From positions 1-23,299 of the forward strand of contig CAXTTL010000051.1 of the NCBI GenBank assembly GCA_964247135.1: DNA of 23,299 bases, in the 5' to 3' direction. The notes under the pieces are model-generated. The model was given only the letters and a program-made list of their open reading frames with translations, searched no databases and was not told the DNA's origin. Positions 17,056 to 23,299 of this stretch are shown here, in pieces; the stretch's first letter is position 1, and every line of letters starts with the position of its first letter. The translations under genes were made by a program, and so were the position numbers. The DNA comes from an uncultured Deinococcales bacterium. GTDB taxonomy: Bacteria; Deinococcota; Deinococci; Deinococcales; JAAFIG01.

Positions 17056-17080
17056 ACTTAGTACAAAAAACGAACAAAAG
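17056..17080. promoter_or_regulatory. Putative ROK operator 2
   Basis: ACTTAGTACAAAAAACGAACAAAAG resembles operator 1 and the XylR box; overlaps the predicted transcription start. Confidence 0.6.
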
Positions 17081-17234
17081 ATTTGTGCTCTGTCTTGAGC
17101 CTTTGGACTGTCTTGCATCCGCCTCGATTTGGGGTACAATGCAACCGATTCCAAGAACTCAAAAACGGCAAGAAATTGAGTAAGTCGTGCTTTGTCACGG
17201 ATGGGATTTTAGCGTCACCGTTTCAGGAGGTTGT

Positions 17235-18290
17235 ATGAAGAAATGGCAAATTGGTGCAATTGGTTTACTCTCCGCGAGCTTGCTCTCGGGTTCTTTCATG
17301 GCGCTCAACAGCAGCGCAGGCGCACAAGGCGGAATGATTGTTGGCGTTAGCTGGAGCAACTTCCAAGAGGAACGTTGGAAGACAGACGAAGCCGCCATCA
17401 AAGGCGCACTCGAGAAGGCAGGCGCAACCTACGTCAGCGCCGACGCCCAAAGCTCGAGCGAAAAGCAACTCAACGACATTGACAGCCTGATCGCCAAGGG
17501 TGCAAAAGCGCTGATCATCCTTGCGCAAGACAAGGACGCCATCGGACCGGCAATCGCCAAAGCCAAAGCCGCAAAAATCCCAGTCTTGGGTTACGACCGT
17601 TTGATCGAAGACCCATACGCCTTCTACTTGACGTTTAACAACATCGAAGTTGGTCGTATCATGGGACGCGAAGTTTTGAAGGTTCGTCCCAAGGGCAACT
17701 ACGTGTTTATTAAGGGTGACCCAGGCGATCCAAACGCTGGATTCGTTTACGGTGGACAAAAAGAAATCTTGCAATCCGCCATTGACAAAGGTGACATTAA
17801 AGTTGTTGGCGAACAAGCCACCGACGGCTGGAAGCCAGACGTTGCCCAAAAGAACATGGAAGGCATCCTGACCCAAAACGGCAACAAAGTCGATGCGGTC
17901 ATGTCATCGAACGACGGCATGGCAGGCGGCGCCGTTGCAGCCCTCGCCGCCGTCGGCTTGGCTGGCAAAGTCGCAGTTTCAGGACAAGACGGCGACCTTG
18001 GCGCACTCAACCGAGTCGCAAAAGGCACCCAAACCGTCAGCGTCTGGAAAGACTCACGCGCCCTGGGCAAAGCCGCAGGCGAAATCGCGGTTCAACTCAT
18101 CAAGGGCGGCAAAGTTACCGGCGCTAGCGTCTTCTCTGACGGTCCAAAGAAAGTCAAGATGAACGCCGTGCTGCTCAAGCCAGTCGGTATCACCAAGCGC
18201 AACCTGAAAGTTGTTTTGAACGCCGGTTGGATCACCAAACAAGTGCTCTGCGAAGGCGTAGACGCTAAAAAAGTCAGCGTCTGTAAGTAA
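17235..18290 (+). CDS. xylF: D-xylose-type ABC transporter substrate-binding protein
   Basis: '[16 protein letters not shown]', 'YDRLI', 'VSGQDGD', 'QTVSVWKD'; signal peptide; RBS AGGAGG. Confidence 0.85.
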   Translation: MKKWQIGAIGLLSASLLSGSFMALNSSAGAQGGMIVGVSWSNFQEERWKTDEAAIKGALEKAGATYVSADAQSSSEKQLNDIDSLIAKGAKALIILAQDKDAIGPAIAKAKAAKIPVLGYDRLIEDPYAFYLTFNNIEVGRIMGREVLKVRPKGNYVFIKGDPGDPNAGFVYGGQKEILQSAIDKGDIKVVGEQATDGWKPDVAQKNMEGILTQNGNKVDAVMSSNDGMAGGAVAALAAVGLAGKVAVSGQDGDLGALNRVAKGTQTVSVWKDSRALGKAAGEIAVQLIKGGKVTGASVFSDGPKKVKMNAVLLKPVGITKRNLKVVLNAGWITKQVLCEGVDAKKVSVCK

Positions 18291-18313
18291 TAACACGTAA
18301 TTAGCATCTCGGG

Positions 18314-18357
18314 TTGCGGGCAGGCACGCGGAAATGGTGTCTGCCCGCAATTTCTTT
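18314..18357 (+). terminator. Stem-loop after the binding-protein gene (partial terminator or mRNA stabiliser)
   Basis: TTGCGGGCAGGCAC / GTGTCTGCCCGCAA followed by TTTCTTT. Confidence 0.65.
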
Positions 18358-18390
18358 AAAAGCTCGAGCTTACAAAAATTTGAGGAAAAA

Positions 18391-19608
18391 ATGCAAAATT
18401 CTGCAAACAAACAAACGAACCGTGCGGGACTCTCGAGTCTTGGCGTTGATGTTCGTCAATTGTTGATGATTGGCGTGCTGGCGGCGGTCTGGATTATTTT
18501 TCACATCATCACGCTCTCCATGAATCAACCTGGAAAATTTTTGAGTCCAGCCAATTTGTACAACCTTGCCGTTCAAACTTCGGTGGTCGGCATCATGGTG
18601 GGTGGCATGGTGCTTATCATCGTGATGCGCCAAATTGACCTCAGCGTTGGCAGTGTGCTCGGTTTCACAGCGATGGTCATGGCACTGATGCAAGCCCCGA
18701 TACCGCTCGGCGCGGGGTGGTTCTGGGGCATCACGGTGGTGCTGGGTTTGGGACTCGCTGTTTTGATCGGCGCTTTTAACGGTTCAATCGTTGCATACTT
18801 GGGCGTTCCCGCCTTTGTGGTCACGATGGCGGGTTTGCTAATCTTCCGCAATGCCTCGTTTGTCGCCAGCGGACGCACCTTGTCCAATTTCCCAGCCGAA
18901 TTTTTGTGGTTTGGGCAAGGTTCGATAGGCGAAATTCCAAGCTGGATTTTTGGTGGTCTCGCCATCATTTTTATTGTTTTTCAAGCCCTGAACAACCGCA
19001 ACAGGCGTGTCAAAAACGGTTTTGCCGTGCGTCCAATGTGGGCAGAATGGTTGGTCAACGGTGCGTTAATTGTTTTTGTGCTGGGTTTTGTGCTCATCAT
19101 GAATTCGTATGTGCCATTTGAAGGTGCTCCGCCAGCAGGCATTCCAGTTCCGGTCATGATTACCCTGGTGGTGCTCGGATTCCTGTCCTGGATGACCCAG
19201 AACACCCGTTTTGGACGTTACATTTACGCCATCGGCGGCAACCCAGAGGCGGCGCTGCTGGCAGGTATCAACGTCAAACGCACGATGGTCTTCGTGTTCA
19301 TGCTGATGGGCTTTTTAACAGGTCTAGCCGCCATCGTTCAATCGGCGCGTCTGACCTCCGCCACCACAAACTTGGGCAAAGACCTCGAGCTTTCGGTGAT
19401 CGCGGCAGCCGTGATCGGCGGCACGGCGCTTTCGGGCGGAAGCGGCACCATCATTGGCGCGGCGCTCGGCGCAATTTTTATGGAAAGCCTGCGCAACGGT
19501 CTGGTGCTTTTGGGCGTTCAAACCGAATGGCAGAACATCATCATTGGCGTTGTGCTGTTGATCGCCGTGATTTGGAACACCTATGTTGCTCGAACAAGGA
19601 AGGTTTGA
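18391..19608 (+). CDS. xylH: Sugar ABC transporter permease (XylH-like, CUT2)
   Basis: 'IDLSVGS', 'TRFGRYIYAIGGNPEAA', 'IAAAVIGG'; start ATG 18391 after GAGG. Confidence 0.85.
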   Translation: MQNSANKQTNRAGLSSLGVDVRQLLMIGVLAAVWIIFHIITLSMNQPGKFLSPANLYNLAVQTSVVGIMVGGMVLIIVMRQIDLSVGSVLGFTAMVMALMQAPIPLGAGWFWGITVVLGLGLAVLIGAFNGSIVAYLGVPAFVVTMAGLLIFRNASFVASGRTLSNFPAEFLWFGQGSIGEIPSWIFGGLAIIFIVFQALNNRNRRVKNGFAVRPMWAEWLVNGALIVFVLGFVLIMNSYVPFEGAPPAGIPVPVMITLVVLGFLSWMTQNTRFGRYIYAIGGNPEAALLAGINVKRTMVFVFMLMGFLTGLAAIVQSARLTSATTNLGKDLELSVIAAAVIGGTALSGGSGTIIGAALGAIFMESLRNGLVLLGVQTEWQNIIIGVVLLIAVIWNTYVARTRKV

Positions 19609-19647
19609 CATGATGCCAGAATCTCGAGTTCTTAGAGGAGTGAAATC

Positions 19648-20403
19648 ATGACAAACAGTCCTTTGGTTGAAATGAAGAATATTTCGTTGCGTTTCGGTGG
19701 AAACCAAGCGTTAAACGACGTGTCCATCAATCTTTATCCTGGCGAAGTGGTCGGGCTTCTGGGTCACAACGGCGCGGGAAAAAGTACACTGATTAAAGTG
19801 CTTTCTGGAGCGTACAAATCCGACTCTGGGCAGATTTTTGTGGACGGGTCTGAAGTCAAAATCAACAACCCTCAAGATTCGCAAAAGCACGGCATCGAAA
19901 CGATTTATCAAAGCTTGGCACTTGCAGACAATCTTGATGCGGTCGCCAACGTTTTTCTCGGGCGCGAAAAAGTCAACGGCGTGGTGCTCGACGAAGATAC
20001 GATGGAAGTCGAAGCCCGCAAAGTCCTGGATCGTTTGCGCGTCAAAATCCCGAGCCTGCGCGTGCCTGTTTCCAACATGTCCGGCGGTCAACGCCAAACC
20101 GTCGCCATCGCTCGAGCCGTGTACTTTAAAGCCAAAGTGCTGATCATGGACGAACCCACGGCGGCGCTCGGACCCGAAGAAACCCAGAAGGTCGGCGAGC
20201 TGATCAAAGCCCTGAAAGCCGAAGGCGTCGGGATTTTCTTGATCTCGCACGATTTGCACGACGTGGCAGACCTTTCTGATCGCTTGACCGTCATGAAAAA
20301 CGGACGGGTGGTTGGCACGGTCAACACCAAAGATGTCAGTGAAGACGAAGTGCTCGGCATGATTATTGCCGGCACAACCCCAAAGCACCTTTCAAACAGA
20401 TAA
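19648..20403 (+). CDS. Sugar ABC transporter ATP-binding protein (single NBD)
   Basis: 'GHNGAGKST', 'MSGGQRQ', 'LIMDEPT', 'ISH'. Confidence 0.93.
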   Translation: MTNSPLVEMKNISLRFGGNQALNDVSINLYPGEVVGLLGHNGAGKSTLIKVLSGAYKSDSGQIFVDGSEVKINNPQDSQKHGIETIYQSLALADNLDAVANVFLGREKVNGVVLDEDTMEVEARKVLDRLRVKIPSLRVPVSNMSGGQRQTVAIARAVYFKAKVLIMDEPTAALGPEETQKVGELIKALKAEGVGIFLISHDLHDVADLSDRLTVMKNGRVVGTVNTKDVSEDEVLGMIIAGTTPKHLSNR

Positions 20404-20418
20404 AGCCACCCTTTCAGG

Positions 20419-20447
20419 CTCGAGATTCGCAATCCAGGAATCTCGAG
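20419..20447. terminator. Intergenic hairpin closed by two CTCGAG
   Basis: CTCGAGATTC-gcaatccag-GAATCTCGAG just after the ABC operon; weak T tract. Confidence 0.45.
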
Positions 20448-20519
20448 TTACCATTTTAAAAAGGTTGATTTCAGGTTTGAACACGTGCAAATTTCAGGGA
20501 AAAACCCGAGGATAGGTCA

Positions 20520-21845
20520 ATGAAAAAACAAATCGTGAAAGGTATATTGCTGATCTCGAGCCTTGGGGCGCTTGGTTTGGTCTTGAGCGCTCGAGCCGAC
20601 GAAACTCCGAGTTTGCCACTCGAGAAAACAGTCATCAACGACTGGTACGGTTTGACCCTCGAGTTGATCCGTCACACGCCTGGTTACGCGCCGCCCGTGG
20701 CTTCACGCACCCTGGGTTACCTGGGCGTGGGCTTGTACGAGGCGCTGGTGCCAGAATTTAAGAATTACAAATCACTGGTTGGGCAACTCAACGCCCTCGT
20801 TAAACTTCCAACCCGTATCGCCAACAAAACTTACGACACCGCCACCATTGAAAACGTGGTGCTCTCGAGTTTGGTGCAAGACTTTTTTGACAACACCGGA
20901 CCGAGCGGAACGCAATCCATCAAAGCCCTTGAGAAGCACTTAAAACAAAATCTTGAAGCTCGAGGAATTGCCAAAGATGTTCTGGAACGCTCGAGAAACC
21001 ACGGCAGGCGCATTGCGAATGCCATTTTTGAATGGTCAAAAACCGATGGCGGCGCGGACGGAATGCACGTTGGTTATCCGCAAACTTTTACGCCACCGCA
21101 AGGTGCAAATTACTGGGTCAGCCTTGTGCCGACCCAACCCAGACCCCTCCTGCCATACTGGGGCAACAACCGCCCGATGGCACTCAAAACGGGCGATGAA
21201 TGCAAGATTTCCGCGCCGCCAGCCTATTCTGAAAAACCGGACAGCGCCTTTTACAAAGACGCGCTCGAAGTTTACAACATCAGCAAAAACCGCACTGAAG
21301 AACAATCCAACATTGCCCGTTTCTGGTCAGACGACGCCATGCTCTCCAAAACACCGCCAGGGCATTGGGTGGGAATTTTAATGCAAATGCTCGAGGAAAA
21401 AAATGCCAGCCTCGAGACCTACGCCGAAGGTTACGCCCGACTCGGCATCGCCGTGAACGATGCGTTCATTGGTTGCTGGAAAACCAAATACGAGTACAAC
21501 CTCTTGCGCCCAGTGACCTACATCAAACGTCTTATCGACCCGAAATGGGAACCGATGCTGACCACGCCGCCGTTTCCAGAATACCCGAGCGGTCACAGCA
21601 CCCAGTCCGCCGCCGCCGCCGAAGTCTTGACGCAACTCTTGGGCGACAACCAAAGCTTCACCGATCACACCCACGACGAGGACGGACTGCCCGCCCGCAC
21701 TTACACCAGCTTCCGCGCCGCCGCATCAGAAGCCGCCCTCTCGAGGTTGTACGGCGGTATTCACTACCGCGCCGCCATCGAACGCGGACTCGAGCAGGGA
21801 CAGTGCATCGGTGAAAAAGTAGCGAAATTGCAGTTTAAGCGGTAA
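20520..21845 (+). CDS. Vanadium-dependent haloperoxidase / PAP2 superfamily protein, secreted
   Basis: 'KYEYNLLRP', 'PEYPSGH', 'SRLYGGIHY'; N-terminal signal peptide. Confidence 0.88.
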   Translation: MKKQIVKGILLISSLGALGLVLSARADETPSLPLEKTVINDWYGLTLELIRHTPGYAPPVASRTLGYLGVGLYEALVPEFKNYKSLVGQLNALVKLPTRIANKTYDTATIENVVLSSLVQDFFDNTGPSGTQSIKALEKHLKQNLEARGIAKDVLERSRNHGRRIANAIFEWSKTDGGADGMHVGYPQTFTPPQGANYWVSLVPTQPRPLLPYWGNNRPMALKTGDECKISAPPAYSEKPDSAFYKDALEVYNISKNRTEEQSNIARFWSDDAMLSKTPPGHWVGILMQMLEEKNASLETYAEGYARLGIAVNDAFIGCWKTKYEYNLLRPVTYIKRLIDPKWEPMLTTPPFPEYPSGHSTQSAAAAEVLTQLLGDNQSFTDHTHDEDGLPARTYTSFRAAASEAALSRLYGGIHYRAAIERGLEQGQCIGEKVAKLQFKR

Positions 21846-21848
21846 TTT

Positions 21849-22394
21849 TCAAACCGCCAAAAACGAAACTATCGGCGCGACCAGACTCTCCACTCGAGCC
21901 ACCATCTCATCTCGGGTGTAGGTTCTGGTTGGACCGAGTTCGACCAGCACGGCGGGTTTGGTCGTGTCGTTGATGTAGAGTCCTTGCCCGATCACCACGC
22001 CTTTTTTGTCGTACCATTTGCGCTCCCAATGCGAAAGCACCTTGACGCTCGCGCCCAGCGCCTCGCCCAAACTGTCACCGAGCGTTTTGGCAAACGGTTT
22101 AGCCGCTTTGACATCGTTAAAAAACATCCACAAACCAGGATCAGCCGTTGTCGTATCATGATGGATGGCGACCACCAAACCCTCGTCGCTCGGCGTTGCC
22201 ACACGGTCTGCGTAGGTGGGTCTGGTGTCCGAATCTCGAGACAAACTCGAGCCAATGTTTTGCAATTTTAAAAAATACTGCAAGGCTTTGGCAGAAGTCA
22301 GGTTCAAATCTTTCTCAAGGACGCCCTCACCAGCCGCGCCACCATCACGCCCACCATGTCCAGGATCGATGCGCACCAGGATTGGCAATTTCAT
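21849..22394 (-). CDS. N-acetylmuramoyl-L-alanine amidase (Amidase_3), catalytic domain only
   Basis: 'IDPGHGGRD..A....LEKDLNL', 'AIHHD', 'PAVLVELG'. Confidence 0.85.
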   Translation of the reverse strand: MKLPILVRIDPGHGGRDGGAAGEGVLEKDLNLTSAKALQYFLKLQNIGSSLSRDSDTRPTYADRVATPSDEGLVVAIHHDTTTADPGLWMFFNDVKAAKPFAKTLGDSLGEALGASVKVLSHWERKWYDKKGVVIGQGLYINDTTKPAVLVELGPTRTYTRDEMVARVESLVAPIVSFLAV

Positions 22395-22516
22395 AGCCAA
22401 AAGTTACGCTCAGCCCGTGAGTCTGTCGTGAACCAAAACTCGAGCCACCACGTCTGGTAGGGGAGACTGGAGCGGCGTTTGACTCGAGCCGCTCGAGATG
22501 TTAGTTTTAATTCAAG

Positions 22517-22561
22517 ATGGGTTTTCGCGCAGCAAACATTGGTTGGTGGTGGTTCAGGTAA
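22517..22561 (+). CDS. trpL: Trp operon leader peptide MGFRAANIGWWWFR
   Basis: 14-codon ORF with three consecutive TGG codons upstream of trpE, followed by antiterminator and terminator; not in the ORF track. Confidence 0.88.
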   Translation: MGFRAANIGWWWFR

Positions 22562-22624
22562 ACCTGGGCTGCTTTGGTTTTGTGATTTCGCGCCCCAGGT
22601 TGAACGCCTGGGGCGTTTTGTTTT
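22554..22624 (+). terminator. Trp attenuator (alternative hairpins and intrinsic terminator)
   Basis: Terminator CGCCCCAGG...CCTGGGGCG-TTTTGTTTT (22591-22624); antiterminator AACCTGGG 22561-22568 / CCCAGGTT 22594-22601; competing TCAGGT/ACCTGG pairing across the leader stop codon. Confidence 0.85.
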
Positions 22625-22682
22625 GATTTTGCGTTTTGAAAGGTACAAGTTGGAAATCTCGAGAAGTGGCAATTCATGCCGT

Positions 22683-22707
22683 GGGTGAACACAAGGTTCA
22701 CCCCTAC
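22683..22707 (-). repeat. REP-like element (GTAG plus palindrome)
   Basis: Minus strand GTAG-GGGTGAAC-CTTGT-GTTCACCC. Confidence 0.6.
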
Positions 22708-22731
22708 AAAAACCAAAAAACAGGAGAATCC

Positions 22732-23299
22732 ATGAACATCACAGCCGAACAATTCGCCCAACTGACCCCAGGAACTCGAGTGCCCATTTACCGTGAAGTG
22801 CTGGCAGACCTCGAGACGCCCGTCAGCGCGTACCTGAAAGTCACGCAAGGCAGCCCGATGAATTTCTTGCTTGAGAGTGTTGAAGGCGGCGAACGTTGGG
22901 CGCGGTACTCGTTCATTGGTGTGGGCGCGAAAGGCAGCATCACCGTATTTGGGCACCACGTCAAACTGACGGGTTCGTTTGGCGATGAAGAATTTCACTC
23001 GAGCGACCCGTTGAAGGTTTTATACAAAAAAATTGTCACCCGCGTCGAACCTGACCCCGTCCTGCCAGCGCTTTTTGGCGGCGCAATCGGTTACTCGAGT
23101 TACGACCTGGTGCGTTGCTACGAAAATCTGCCCGTCAAAAACCCTGACGAACTCGAGATTCCAGACCTCAAATTTATCGAACCCGAAGGCATGGTGATTT
23201 TTGACCACCTCAAACACCGACTTTTTATTGTCGCCACCGCCGAAACGGGCATGATCTCGAGTTACGTGCACGCCAAAGCCGTGGTTCAAAAATTGCACC
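22732..23299 (+). CDS. trpE: Anthranilate synthase component I (5' part, runs off the window)
   Basis: Manual translation MNITAEQF...REVLADLETPVSAYLKV...FLLESVEGGERWARYSFIG; RBS AGGAG; absent from the ORF track because it has no stop in the window. Confidence 0.93.
   Translation, partial: MNITAEQFAQLTPGTRVPIYREVLADLETPVSAYLKVTQGSPMNFLLESVEGGERWARYSFIGVGAKGSITVFGHHVKLTGSFGDEEFHSSDPLKVLYKKIVTRVEPDPVLPALFGGAIGYSSYDLVRCYENLPVKNPDELEIPDLKFIEPEGMVIFDHLKHRLFIVATAETGMISSYVHAKAVVQKLH

Larger units (their letters stand above)
41..23261. repeat. Highly iterated palindrome CTCGAG dispersed across the window
   Basis: About 136 copies by manual count (about 1 per 170 bp) against about 6 expected for a hexamer in 23.3 kb. 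Confidence 0.95.

Noticed and set aside
41-23261. CTCGAG excess as a cloning or XhoI ligation artefact
   Set aside because: Sites lie inside intact conserved reading frames in all phases without breaking homology, so they appear genomic.
22391-23298. Minus-strand ORFs 22391-22672, 22507-22998 and 23020-23298
   Set aside because: They overlap trpL, the attenuator and trpE on the plus strand, which are far better supported.
1-23299. CRISPR array, tRNA or rRNA genes
   Set aside because: No regularly spaced direct repeats, cas genes, cloverleaf or rRNA-like sequence seen; CTCGAG spacing is irregular.

Overview
Bacterial chromosomal window of roughly 50% GC, probably Deinococcota (inferred from the L10 sequence and the stand-alone rplJL). 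Left to right: a beta-glucan/cellodextrin utilisation locus (ABC permease, GH5, GH1, TIM-barrel isomerase, Gfo/Idh/MocA oxidoreductase, convergent GH94 phosphorylase); an NspV-like type II restriction-modification pair; a DinG/XPD-like helicase; an AT-rich orphan ORF; rplJ-rplL with its L10 leader; a complete IS110 element; a ROK repressor with two operators and a divergent xylose-type ABC transporter; a vanadium haloperoxidase/PAP2 protein; an amidase; and trpE preceded by a Trp-leader attenuator. Two signals stand out. (1) The palindrome CTCGAG occurs about 136 times by manual count against about 6 expected. It appears in all three codon phases and in intergenic hairpins, resembling cyanobacterial HIP1, while no TTCGAA was found. 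(2) The IS110 left non-coding end folds into a bridge-RNA-like structure whose four guide segments match the reconstructed target and donor sites. All counts and folds were done by eye.
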